A DNA stretch of 30,965 bases, taken from contig JBGQHJ010000045.1 of assembly GCA_041497895.1 (NCBI GenBank), positions 1-30,965 of the forward strand, read 5' to 3'. This DNA comes from Candidatus Methylomirabilia bacterium. Lineage in GTDB: Bacteria; Methylomirabilota; Methylomirabilia; Rokubacteriales; CSP1-6. Position 1 is the first letter of the stretch. Every line of letters starts with the position of its first letter. Below the pieces are notes generated by a model. The model searched no databases. It was not told where the DNA came from and saw nothing but the letters and a program-made list of their open reading frames with translations. The position numbers were made by a program, and so were the translations under genes. Shown in pieces: positions 17,259 through 25,535 of this stretch.

Positions 17259-17902
17259 GGGGTCGCCTCCGGGGATGCCGGACCGACCGTCGCCGTCTGC
17301 GCGAGGATAAACTCCTTGCGCACCCAGGCCTGGGAGGAGTCGGGGACACCGAGGGCGCGCGCCGAAAATTGCGCCATCCTCTTCGGTGGGTAGCGGTAGC
17401 CGGTGTCGGACGGATCCCATCCGGCCTTCACCTGCATCGGCCGCCAGTCGGAGTCGTCGAATCCCGACTCCATCCATGAAGATCCGGTCGGCGCGGTGGC
17501 CGAGTACCTCCACGAGCCGTCGGGCGTCGACACCACCACCACTTCCCGCGAGTCCCGGTCGGGCGTCGGAAGATCGGACCACGAGGATCCGCGGACGGCG
17601 GCGAACATCAAGAAGAGCTCGGCCGGACTGGCCGCGGTAATCGTGAATGCGAGGATATGGGAATCGAAGCTGACGAGCGGCACCGCGTGGTTGAGCCGCT
17701 TCCCGTCGAGACGCATGTCCAGGAGAATCGGGGCGTACGCCCACATCGTGACCGGAATCGCCCGATCCGGATTCCACCATCGCAGCACGACCCCGCCGCA
17801 GCCGGCCGGGATCTCGCAGTGCCCGTGCTCCTCGAGCACGAGACGCGGCGAGGCTTTCGCATACCTGGACAGTGAGTTCAGCTTCAAGTCCCGGTCAGGC
17901 AT
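17255..17902 (-). CDS. Hypothetical protein with N-terminal HGHCEIPAGCGG motif and probable C-terminal beta-sandwich; candidate substrate or partner of the radical SAM enzyme
   Basis: GGAGAGGAG RBS before ATG17902. Translationally coupled to the rSAM gene. The S..DGSW..S......W....FDDSDW and W.RK.F segments resemble jelly-roll/lectin-like modules. Confidence 0.8.
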   Translation of the reverse strand: MPDRDLKLNSLSRYAKASPRLVLEEHGHCEIPAGCGGVVLRWWNPDRAIPVTMWAYAPILLDMRLDGKRLNHAVPLVSFDSHILAFTITAASPAELFLMFAAVRGSSWSDLPTPDRDSREVVVVSTPDGSWRYSATAPTGSSWMESGFDDSDWRPMQVKAGWDPSDTGYRYPPKRMAQFSARALGVPDSSQAWVRKEFILAQTATVGPASPEATP

Positions 17903-18291
17903 GACTCCTCCTCCGCGATCGCGGGGCCGCTCCGATCCCGTCGTGCGGTTGGCCGCATCGCGGGCTTGAAGCCGACGAGCTCGCGCTCGCGGATCCCGTA
18001 CGAGAACACGGTCCGCTCCTTGACGTTGTTGCCGACCTCCGGGGCGTACCACACCTCGAAGCCCAGGGCGCCGCCCCGGCGGTGAGTACAGGAGAGATGA
18101 GGGGCGAACGTGCCGGCGGGCCCCGTCACCGTCTCCGCCCGGTCGAGGTACCAGTCGCGATAGCGGCCGTCGCAGACGCGCCCCATCTCCCAGACGTAGT
18201 CTTGCTGCGGCGTGTTCTGCGCGGAGGCGCAGTCCCCGAGGATCCCCACGAGCGCCAGGGTCAGGGCGAGCGAGCGAGAGGAGCGGTCCAT
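17884..18291 (-). CDS. Hypothetical exported protein, possibly chimeric or degenerate
   Basis: GAGGAGG RBS. Signal-like N-terminus with imperfect lipobox ILGDC. Overlaps the next gene by 19 bp. Confidence 0.5.
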   Translation of the reverse strand: MDRSSRSLALTLALVGILGDCASAQNTPQQDYVWEMGRVCDGRYRDWYLDRAETVTGPAGTFAPHLSCTHRRGGALGFEVWYAPEVGNNVKERTVFSYGIRERELVGFKPAMRPTARRDRSGPAIAEEESCLTGT

Positions 18292-18354
18292 GAGTCGACC
18301 TCCTCGTGCTGCCGACCTTATATCAGCCGGCCCGACCCGACGTCAATCCGCCGG

Positions 18355-19413
18355 TCAGTCGAGACCGAGCGCGCCCCAGAAGATCGGCTCCGGGTGCAGG
18401 CGCACCCCGAAGCGCTGCTCGACGCCCGCCCGCACCCGGCGGGCGAAGGCGACGACGTCGCGGGCCCGCGCCCCGTCGTGGCAGACGATGGCCAGCGTGT
18501 GGCGGGTGGAGAGGCCGACCGGGCCGTCGGCCTGTCCGCGGGTGAACCCGGCCCGCTCGATGAGCCAGGCGGCCGAGAGCTTCACCCGGCCGTCGGGCTG
18601 CGGCCAGCGCGGCATCGAGAGGCCGGTCGCCCGCGCGTCGATCGCGGCCAGCGCGTCGGCGTCCACGACGGGATTCAGGAAGAACGAGCCGCAGCTGCGC
18701 GCGTTGACATCGCCCGGATCGAGCACCATCGACTTGGAGCGGCGGACCTTCAGCACGGTCTCCCGCACCTCGATCAGCGACGGCCGGGCGACGGCGCGCG
18801 CCTCAAGCTCGCGGGCGATGTCGGCATACCGCACGTTGGGGGCCCCGCCGGGCGCGAGCCGGTAGGTCACCGCGAGGACCACGTAGCGGCCGGGGGCGCG
18901 GCTCTTGAAGAGGCTGTCGCGGTAGCCGAAGCCGCAGTCGGCCGGGCCGAGGGTCACCACCTGCCCGATCTCCCCGTCGAGGGCGCGCACCGCGGTGACC
19001 GTATCGCTCACCTCCTGGCCGTAGGCGCCCACGTTCTGGATCGGCGTCGCCCCCACCAGACCCGGGATGCCGCTCAGGCACTCGAGCCCGGCCCAGCCCT
19101 GCTCGACGGTGTGCCGGACGAGGGCGTCCCACGGCTCGCCCGCCGCGGCCGTCACCTCGACCCCGTCGCGTCCCGGCCGCTCGGTCACCCCGCGAAGGGC
19201 GATCTTGAGCACGAGGCCGTCCACGCCCTCGTCGGCGATGACCAGGTTCGAGCCGCCACCGAGCACGCGCACCGGCAGGCGACGGGCGGTCGCCCACTCG
19301 TGTGCCTCCGCGACGGTCGCCTCGTCGGTGGCCTCGACCAGGTAGCGGGCCGGACCGCCGATGCGGAGCGTGCAGTGGGGCGCGAGCGGAGCGTGCTCGA
19401 CGGGGGAGAGCAT
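18355..19413 (-). CDS. murB: UDP-N-acetylenolpyruvoylglucosamine reductase
   Basis: T.RIGGPA, LGGGSNL, GLECLSGIPGLVGATPIQNVGAYGQE, FGYRDS, SCGSFF.NP, KLSAAWLIE and FGV.L.PEP motifs. Confidence 0.95.
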   Translation of the reverse strand: MLSPVEHAPLAPHCTLRIGGPARYLVEATDEATVAEAHEWATARRLPVRVLGGGSNLVIADEGVDGLVLKIALRGVTERPGRDGVEVTAAAGEPWDALVRHTVEQGWAGLECLSGIPGLVGATPIQNVGAYGQEVSDTVTAVRALDGEIGQVVTLGPADCGFGYRDSLFKSRAPGRYVVLAVTYRLAPGGAPNVRYADIARELEARAVARPSLIEVRETVLKVRRSKSMVLDPGDVNARSCGSFFLNPVVDADALAAIDARATGLSMPRWPQPDGRVKLSAAWLIERAGFTRGQADGPVGLSTRHTLAIVCHDGARARDVVAFARRVRAGVEQRFGVRLHPEPIFWGALGLD

Positions 19414-19440
19414 GGCCAGCCACCATCTTACCGTGGCCGG

Positions 19441-19476
19441 CCCCTCACCCTGCCCTCTCCCCAAAGGGGAGAGGGA
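19441..19476. repeat. REP-like element CCCCTCACCCtGCCCTCTCCCC-aaa-GGGGAGAGGG
   Basis: Hairpin CCCTCTCCCC/GGGGAGAGGG with a CCCCTCACCC tail. Near-identical reverse-complement copy at 24503-24537. Confidence 0.85.
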
Positions 19477-19479
19477 GAA

Positions 19480-20601
19480 CTAGTCGGTGATGGGGAAGAG
19501 GCCCTGGTAGGCGAACTTCTGAACGCGCTTGGCGTTGTCGACCTCGGTCGTGTAGATGTTGCCGCGCGAGTCCACCGCCATGTTGTGCACCCAGTGGAGC
19601 TGGCCCGCGTAGCGCCCGCTGCGGGCGAAGCGGGAGAGCACCTTGCCGCTCGCGCGCGAGAGCGTCCAGACGTGGTTGTTCTCGCCGTCGGCCACGTAGA
19701 GATAGCTCTGGGCGGGGTCGCGGGAGAAGTCGAGGTCCCACACCGAGCCGCCGCCGAGCGTCGACGGCGCCAGGGTGAACTCGCTCACGAAGGTGCCGTC
19801 CTTCTTGAAGACCTGGATCCGGTTGTTCATCCGGTCGCAGACGTAGACGAGCCCGTCGGTCGCGATGCGCACGCAGTGCACCGGGTTCCGGAACTGCTTC
19901 ACGCTCGCGTCACCCGGGGGCCGGCCGTTGGCGCCCCAGTGGCGCTTGTAGGCGCCGGTGGTCGCGTCGAACACGATGACCCGGTGGTTGGCGTAGCCGT
20001 CCGCCACGTATAGCTCGTTGGCCGCCGCGTCCACCCGCACGTCGGCAGGGCGCTTGAGGTTGCCGGTGTCGGAGTCGCCGCCGCTCGAGCCCGGCTTGCC
20101 GATCTGCATCAGGAACCGGCCGGCGCGGGTGAACTTGAGGATCTGGTTGTCCTTCTCCCCGTTGCCGGCCAGCCACACGTTGGCGGACGGGTCCACGAAG
20201 ATGCCGTGCTCGTTGGCCGGCCAGTCGTAGCCCGGCCCGGGCCCGCCCCAGGCTTGCAACAGGTTGCCCTCGCTGTCGAACTCCATCACCGGCGGCGCGG
20301 GCACGCAGCACTCGTTGCGGGGCGGGTTGAGCGTGGCGCCCTTCTCGTCGTCGGTCAGGGTGCGTGGCCGCTGCACGATCCAGACGTGGTCGAGCGGGTC
20401 GACCGCCACACCCGCCACCTGGCCGAGCAGCCAGCGGTTGGGAAGCGGCTTGGGCCAGAACGGATCCACCGTGAACTTCGGCGCCTGGCCGTCGGCCAGC
20501 CGCTGCGCGGTCACCGAGACCGCGGAGGAGACCGCGAGGAGGACGAGGAGCGCGAGGGCGACGACGACGCCGCGGGAGACGGGGGAGCGCGAGCCAAGCA
20601 C
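19480..20601 (-). CDS. Exported NHL-repeat beta-propeller protein (peptidyl-hydroxyglycine amidating lyase-like)
   Basis: Signal peptide. Repeated HG..VD, YVADGY.N.RV, VCDR.N.RIQVF and H.MAVDS.GNIY segments. GAGGAGG RBS before GTG. Confidence 0.85.
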   Translation of the reverse strand: MLGSRSPVSRGVVVALALLVLLAVSSAVSVTAQRLADGQAPKFTVDPFWPKPLPNRWLLGQVAGVAVDPLDHVWIVQRPRTLTDDEKGATLNPPRNECCVPAPPVMEFDSEGNLLQAWGGPGPGYDWPANEHGIFVDPSANVWLAGNGEKDNQILKFTRAGRFLMQIGKPGSSGGDSDTGNLKRPADVRVDAAANELYVADGYANHRVIVFDATTGAYKRHWGANGRPPGDASVKQFRNPVHCVRIATDGLVYVCDRMNNRIQVFKKDGTFVSEFTLAPSTLGGGSVWDLDFSRDPAQSYLYVADGENNHVWTLSRASGKVLSRFARSGRYAGQLHWVHNMAVDSRGNIYTTEVDNAKRVQKFAYQGLFPITD

Positions 20602-20650
20602 GGCATTCCTCCTCGGGTGAGGGAACGGGAGCCGCTGACGAGCCGGTGCG

Positions 20651-20680
20651 ACCTTATGTCGGGACGAAACCGCGTGTCAA
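20651..20680 (-). promoter_or_regulatory. Sigma70-type promoter for the NHL protein gene
   Basis: TTGACA - 18 nt - TAAGGT. Confidence 0.5.
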
Positions 20681-20705
20681 GCGTGGGGGCGCGGCGTCCG
20701 GAGCA

Positions 20706-21227
20706 CTACCGCGAGAGGAGCCAGCCGATCACGCCCGCGGCCAGCACCGCGACCACCGGCGGGACGCGATCCGTGGCCACCACGAGCGCGGTGGCCACCG
20801 CGAGGGCGGCGGTCGTGCCGTCGTGGATCGCGGTGCGCGCGAGCGTGTAGACCCCGCCCGCCATCAGCCCGACCCCGACCGGCAGGAGCGCCCGCTCGGC
20901 GGCGAGCGCCCACGGACGGGCGCGCCACTGCTGCCAGTGGTGCGAGATCACGATGGCCAGCACGGACGTGGGCACGAACATCGCGAGCCCCGCCACCGCC
21001 GCGCCCAGCAGGCCGTGGGCCCGGTGGCCCACGAAGACCGCGACCAGCATGCCGGGGCCCGGGGTCAGCTGCGACAGCGTGTAGCCGTCGACGAACTCGC
21101 GGGCGGTGAGCCAGTGGTGGATGGTCACCGCCTGGCGCTCCATCTCCGGGATGACCCCGAGGCCGCCGCCCACGCAGAGGAAGCTCAACCAGAGGAAGGT
21201 CCAGGTGAGCAGCGCCAAGCCCGCCAT
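20706..21227 (-). CDS. Short-chain chromate transporter (CHR family), second subunit
   Basis: F..LS...VGGG...IPEM, WLT..EF.D...LSQ.TPGP and A.FVP motifs. Overlaps the partner's stop codon. Confidence 0.9.
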   Translation of the reverse strand: MAGLALLTWTFLWLSFLCVGGGLGVIPEMERQAVTIHHWLTAREFVDGYTLSQLTPGPGMLVAVFVGHRAHGLLGAAVAGLAMFVPTSVLAIVISHHWQQWRARPWALAAERALLPVGVGLMAGGVYTLARTAIHDGTTAALAVATALVVATDRVPPVVAVLAAGVIGWLLSR

Positions 21228-21817
21228 CACGCGCCCTCCGGTGGCGGGGTGGACGGGGGAACCGGCGGCAGGACCGGCCGCGCCGCAGGCGCCGACCAGT
21301 GCAGCCCGAGGCTCAGCGCAGTCATCACCAGCACCACGCCGACGGTGGGCAGGCGCAGCGGGCCGACCGCCACGAAGGTGATCAGCGCGATCACGACCGC
21401 ACGTCCGCCCCGCAGGGCGCCGCGCATGATGCGGAGCGACGTCACCAGCACGAGCCCCACCACCGCCGCGCTCAGCCCGCGCATCAGGAGACTGGCGCCG
21501 CTCCCGAAGGCGCCCTGCGCGTAGAGCGCGCTCGCGCCGAGGAGGATGACCGCGCCTGGCAGCACGATCGCGAGCAGCCCCCACACGCCGCCCGCGAGGC
21601 CGGCGAGCCGGTAGCCGAGGACCACCGCCAGGTTGCTGAAGTTCGGGCCGGGCAGCACCTGGCTCAGCGTGAAGTCCTGGACGAACTCGTCGTGGTGGAT
21701 CCACCGGCGCCGCCGCACGAGCGCATCGTGGAAATAGGCGCTGCGGCCCCCGCCCAGGCTCGAGAAGCCGGTCCAGGCGAAGACCGCGATCAGCCGGAGG
21801 AGGGAGACGCGTCTCAC
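21227..21817 (-). CDS. Short-chain chromate transporter (CHR family), first subunit; start uncertain
   Basis: F...GF.S.GGG, LV.RRRWI..DEF...F.LSQVLPGPNF.NLA..LGYRL.G..G motifs. GTG21817 chosen as start. Confidence 0.88.
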   Translation of the reverse strand: MRRVSLLRLIAVFAWTGFSSLGGGRSAYFHDALVRRRRWIHHDEFVQDFTLSQVLPGPNFSNLAVVLGYRLAGLAGGVWGLLAIVLPGAVILLGASALYAQGAFGSGASLLMRGLSAAVVGLVLVTSLRIMRGALRGGRAVVIALITFVAVGPLRLPTVGVVLVMTALSLGLHWSAPAARPVLPPVPPSTPPPEGA

Positions 21818-21867
21818 TCGTCGAGCTCGAGCGAGCGCGCGGGCGACATGGCCCCTGGAGTGTAGCA

Positions 21868-21899
21868 CCCTCTCCCCCCCGGGCCTCGGGGGGAGAGGG
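21868..21899. repeat. REP-like hairpin variant CCCTCTCCCCCC...GGGGGGAGAGGG
   Basis: Same CCCTCTCCC/GGGAGAGGG stem as at 19441 and 24503. Lies downstream of the 21958-22350 gene. Confidence 0.7.
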
Positions 21900-21957
21900 C
21901 GGGATTTATCCGATCATCGGGCCGGTCAGCGGGCCGGACGTGAGCGGACCGGCGCGA

Positions 21958-22350
21958 TCAGTAGCGCCAGACCGGGCGCACCGGCGCGGGATAGCACCAG
22001 CCCTTCCGGTCGTGGCCGGGCGGGCAGAACACCGGCCGCTCGTGGACCACCACGTGACGCGGCGCGGGCGCGTAGACCGGGTAGGGCCGAGCGACCACGC
22101 GCGGCGCGATCACCCGCGGGGGTGGCGCCACCACCACCGGAGCGGGCACGTAGACCGGCGCGGGCCGAGCGACGACCAGGGGCGCCGGCGCCACCACCGG
22201 GCCGCGGTGGAAGATGCCGACCCCGCCCAGGATCTGATTGAACACCGCGAAGGCGCCGAGCCCGAGGGCCGCGTCCGTCGACGCACCCGCGAAGGCCAGC
22301 GTGGGAGCAAGGACCGCGACGGCCAGAACCAGCGCGATCAGCTTTTTCAT
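21958..22350 (-). CDS. Exported Pro/Val-rich hypothetical protein
   Basis: GAGGAG RBS. Signal peptide MKKLIALVLAVAVLAPTLAFA. PVVAPAP-type low-complexity region and CPPG motif. Confidence 0.75.
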   Translation of the reverse strand: MKKLIALVLAVAVLAPTLAFAGASTDAALGLGAFAVFNQILGGVGIFHRGPVVAPAPLVVARPAPVYVPAPVVVAPPPRVIAPRVVARPYPVYAPAPRHVVVHERPVFCPPGHDRKGWCYPAPVRPVWRY

Positions 22351-22467
22351 GTTGGTCTCCTCACGAGGGGCCATGGCGGCCACCCCTCTGCCGCAGTAGA
22401 CGAGAGCAAGGGGCGTTCTGTTTACCCGGGTGGCGGAGACTCCCCGATTGCCTTACGATACGAGGCC

Positions 22468-24498
22468 ATGGCGACCACCGAGCACGCGAGCGTCTGTCCG
22501 CTGGACTGCCCCGACACCTGCAGCCTGACCGTCACCGTGGAGGACGCGAAGATCGTGAAGATCCGCGGCTCCCGGGCCAACCCCTACACCGCCGGCGTCA
22601 TCTGCACCAAGGTGGCCGGCTCGTACCCGGACTGGGTGCACGGGCCCGGGAGGCTCCGCACCCCGCTCAAGCGGGTCGGGGCCAAGGGCGAGGGCCGGTT
22701 CGCGCGCGCGTCGTGGGACGAGGCGCTGGACATCATCTGCGACCGCGTGACCGCGGTGATCGCCGCGCACGGCCCGCAGGCCGTCGCGCCGCTCAACTAC
22801 GCGGGGCCGCACGGCATGCTCGCCTACGCCTCGATGGACCTGCGCTTCTTCCACAAGCTGGGCGCCTCGCTGCTCGATCGCTCACCGCTCTGCGGCGGCA
22901 TCCGCACCCAGGCGTGGCTCGGCACCTTCGGGACCGCGCCGGGCATCGCGCCCGAGCAGGTGCGGCACTCGAAGCTCATCATCGCCTGGGGCAACAACGT
23001 CACCTGGTCGAACCTCCACCTCACCCCGCTGCTCAACGCGGCGCGGCGGGACGGGGCCAAGGTGGTGGTCGTCGACCCCAAGCGCATCAAGATCGCGGAG
23101 CAGTCGGATCTGCACATCGCGCTCAAGCCCGGCACCGACGTGGTGCTGGCGTGGGCCATCGCGGCGGAGCTCGAGCGGCGCGGAGCGCTCGACCGCGCCT
23201 TCATCGAGCGTCACGTGGAGGGCTTCGAGGAGTTCATGGCCGGCGCGCGCCGCTACTCGGTGGCGGACGCCTCCCGCATCTGCGGCGTGCCCGAGGCCGA
23301 CATCCGGCGGCTCGCCGAGTGGTACCACACGCTGTCGCCCGCCGCGATCAGCGTGGGCAACGGGCTCGAGCGCAACCAGAACGGCGGCAGCGGCATCCGC
23401 GCGATCTTCGCCCTGCCCGCCCTGGCCGGAAAGTTCGGGGTGCCGGGCGGAGGGCTCGTCAACGGGGCGGGCTTCGTGTTCCCGAAGACCCCGGCGAGGC
23501 TGCAGCGGCCGGACCTGCTGCCCCCGGGCACCCGCACCCTGAACATCGTGGACATGGGCAAGCACCTCCTCGATCCCACCCTCTCCCCGCCGATCAAGGC
23601 GCTCTTCATCTACAACCACAACCCGCTGGTGGTGCACCCGGACCAGAACCGGATGCGGCGCGGCCTCGCGCGCGAGGATCTCTTCACGGTGGGCTCGGAC
23701 GTGGTGATGACCGACAGCCTCGCCTACGCCGACGTGGTGCTGCCCGCCTCGAGCCACTTCGAGTATCACGACATCTACGCGGCCTACGGGCAACACTGGC
23801 TGCAGCGCGCCGAGCCGGTGATCCCGCCGCAGGGCGAGTCGCTCCCCAACACCGAGATCTTCCGGCGGCTCGCCGCGCGCTTCGGCTTCACGGACCCCGC
23901 CTTCACCACCAGCGACGCCCAGCTCATCGACGACGCGGTGGACGGCGCGGACCCGCGCCTCGGCGGGGTGCAGCCGAGCCGGCTGCCCACCGACCGCGCC
24001 ACCGCGATGACGGTGAACGGCGAGCCCGCCATCCTCTACAAGAACGTCTTCCCCAAGACGCCGTCCGGCAAGGTGGAGCTGGCCTCCGGCTACCTCGAGC
24101 AGAAGTACGGGAGCCGGCTGCCGACCTTCCGCGCCTACGAGACGCCGTTCCCGCTCGTGCTCATCTCCCCCGCGTCGGACGAGCGCATCACCTCCACCTT
24201 CGGCGGGCTCAAGCCGGGCGACGTGACGCCGCCGCTCGAGATGCACCCGGACGACGCGAAGGCCCGCGGCCTGCGCGACGGGGGCATGGTGCGGGTGTGG
24301 AACGAGCTGGGCGAGGTGCACCTGCCGCTCAAGGTGTCCGACGCGATCCGGCCCGGCGTGGTGTGCAGCCTGAAGGGCGCGTGGATGCGGACCAGCGACA
24401 ACGGGCAGACCGTCTCGGCGCTGGCTCCGGGGCACCACGCGGACATCTGCGGGGGCGCCTGCTACAACGACTGCCGCGTCGAGGTCGCCGCCCTCTAG
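22468..24498 (+). CDS. Molybdopterin-dependent oxidoreductase (DMSO reductase family, YyaE-like), cytoplasmic
   Basis: CPLDCPDTC...ICTK Fe-S motif, RL.TPLKR.G.KGEG.F...SWDEA, AD.VLPA, TPSGKVE and C-terminal MHPDDA..RG. No signal peptide. Confidence 0.92.
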   Translation: MATTEHASVCPLDCPDTCSLTVTVEDAKIVKIRGSRANPYTAGVICTKVAGSYPDWVHGPGRLRTPLKRVGAKGEGRFARASWDEALDIICDRVTAVIAAHGPQAVAPLNYAGPHGMLAYASMDLRFFHKLGASLLDRSPLCGGIRTQAWLGTFGTAPGIAPEQVRHSKLIIAWGNNVTWSNLHLTPLLNAARRDGAKVVVVDPKRIKIAEQSDLHIALKPGTDVVLAWAIAAELERRGALDRAFIERHVEGFEEFMAGARRYSVADASRICGVPEADIRRLAEWYHTLSPAAISVGNGLERNQNGGSGIRAIFALPALAGKFGVPGGGLVNGAGFVFPKTPARLQRPDLLPPGTRTLNIVDMGKHLLDPTLSPPIKALFIYNHNPLVVHPDQNRMRRGLAREDLFTVGSDVVMTDSLAYADVVLPASSHFEYHDIYAAYGQHWLQRAEPVIPPQGESLPNTEIFRRLAARFGFTDPAFTTSDAQLIDDAVDGADPRLGGVQPSRLPTDRATAMTVNGEPAILYKNVFPKTPSGKVELASGYLEQKYGSRLPTFRAYETPFPLVLISPASDERITSTFGGLKPGDVTPPLEMHPDDAKARGLRDGGMVRVWNELGEVHLPLKVSDAIRPGVVCSLKGAWMRTSDNGQTVSALAPGHHADICGGACYNDCRVEVAAL

Positions 24499-24502
24499 TT
24501 CC

Positions 24503-24537
24503 CCCTCTCCCCTCAGGGGAGAGGGCCGGGTGAGGGG
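24503..24537. repeat. REP-like element, reverse-complement copy of 19441-19476
   Basis: CCCTCTCCCC-tca-GGGGAGAGGGCCGGGTGAGGGG, between convergent genes. Confidence 0.85.
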
Positions 24538-24552
24538 TCCGACGGTGAGGGG

Positions 24553-24996
24553 CTACCGCTCCACGTTCTCCTCGGCGATCGCGCGGCGCTCCTGCATGTT
24601 GAAGCGGCCGTCGTAGATCGGCCGGCCACCCGTCGTCGGCCCCTGGTACTGCACGAACAGCATCAGGCCGCCGGTGCGCGTGGAGAGCGGCGCCTCGAAG
24701 TGCGGGTCCGGGTAGAACAGCATGGTGCCCGGCCCGTGGAGCGCCTCCCCGATCTGGAACTCCCCCTCGAGGATGTACCAGACCTGGGCGAAGTCGTGCT
24801 TGTGGAAGGGGTGATGCGAACCCGGCTCGTAGCGCACCAGCCCCGCGTTGGGGGCGGTGGGGCGCTCCGGGCTCGGGTGGAAGAGCATCTTGCTCTCCTG
24901 TCCCGGCCAGCGCAGCGTCTCCCACGGCCGGTCGTCGGCGTGCATCGCCTCCATCGGCTGGTGGTCCCGATTCGACATGGGGGCGTCCCCGCTCAT
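24553..24996 (-). CDS. Cupin domain protein (ChrR-like)
   Basis: RYEPG..HP.H.H..Q..YILEGE and GPG...Y....H motifs. ATG24996 overlaps the upstream stop (ATGA); alternative start 24978. Confidence 0.8.
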   Translation of the reverse strand: MSGDAPMSNRDHQPMEAMHADDRPWETLRWPGQESKMLFHPSPERPTAPNAGLVRYEPGSHHPFHKHDFAQVWYILEGEFQIGEALHGPGTMLFYPDPHFEAPLSTRTGGLMLFVQYQGPTTGGRPIYDGRFNMQERRAIAEENVER

Positions 24997-25466
24997 TTCC
25001 GGGTGCTCACGCGCCCGAGCTCGGTGGTGAGGCAGCGCGCGATCCAGCCGTCGCGGCGGGCGGGCGTGATGACGTCGTCGGCCCCGCGCGGGGTGTAGCG
25101 CACCAGCGCTTCCCAGCAGCGCTCGCGCGCCCGGGCGATCTCGAGGTCGGCCTGCAACACCCGCACCGCGCGGCCCCGCTCGAAGTCCCAGCGCAGCGCC
25201 ACCACCACCACCGCGAGCGCGGCGCCCACCACCATGACGATGAAGAGGATGGCCGCGACGCCCTGCCACTGGCGGATCCGTCGCTCCGCGCTGTCGATCA
25301 GCCCGGACACCTTCACCTCCACCGGGCCGTTGGCGTGGCGGACGATCTCCACCGCGCCGTGGGGCGACCGGGCGAGCAGCCCCCGGCTCGGCCGGGACCG
25401 TGGCGCGCGCAGGGGCGCGGGCCCCTCCAGCAGGGAGGGCTGTCTCGAGTCCATCGCTCTCATCAT
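24993..25466 (-). CDS. Hypothetical membrane protein
   Basis: AGGAGG RBS. One central hydrophobic helix (GVAAILFIVMVVGAALAVVVVAL). Confidence 0.7.
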   Translation of the reverse strand: MMRAMDSRQPSLLEGPAPLRAPRSRPSRGLLARSPHGAVEIVRHANGPVEVKVSGLIDSAERRIRQWQGVAAILFIVMVVGAALAVVVVALRWDFERGRAVRVLQADLEIARARERCWEALVRYTPRGADDVITPARRDGWIARCLTTELGRVSTRK

Positions 25467-25535
25467 CCGGCCTCCTGGCGCGGCGTCTCGCCGCGCTGAG
25501 TCACGAGGTGAAGGAATCGCCCGGGCCCTCCTCTT

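Noticed and set aside
21958..22350. Pro/Val-rich protein as a RiPP precursor for the rSAM enzyme
   Set aside because: It has a Sec signal, lies more than 4 kb away beyond unrelated genes, and resembles common low-complexity exported proteins.
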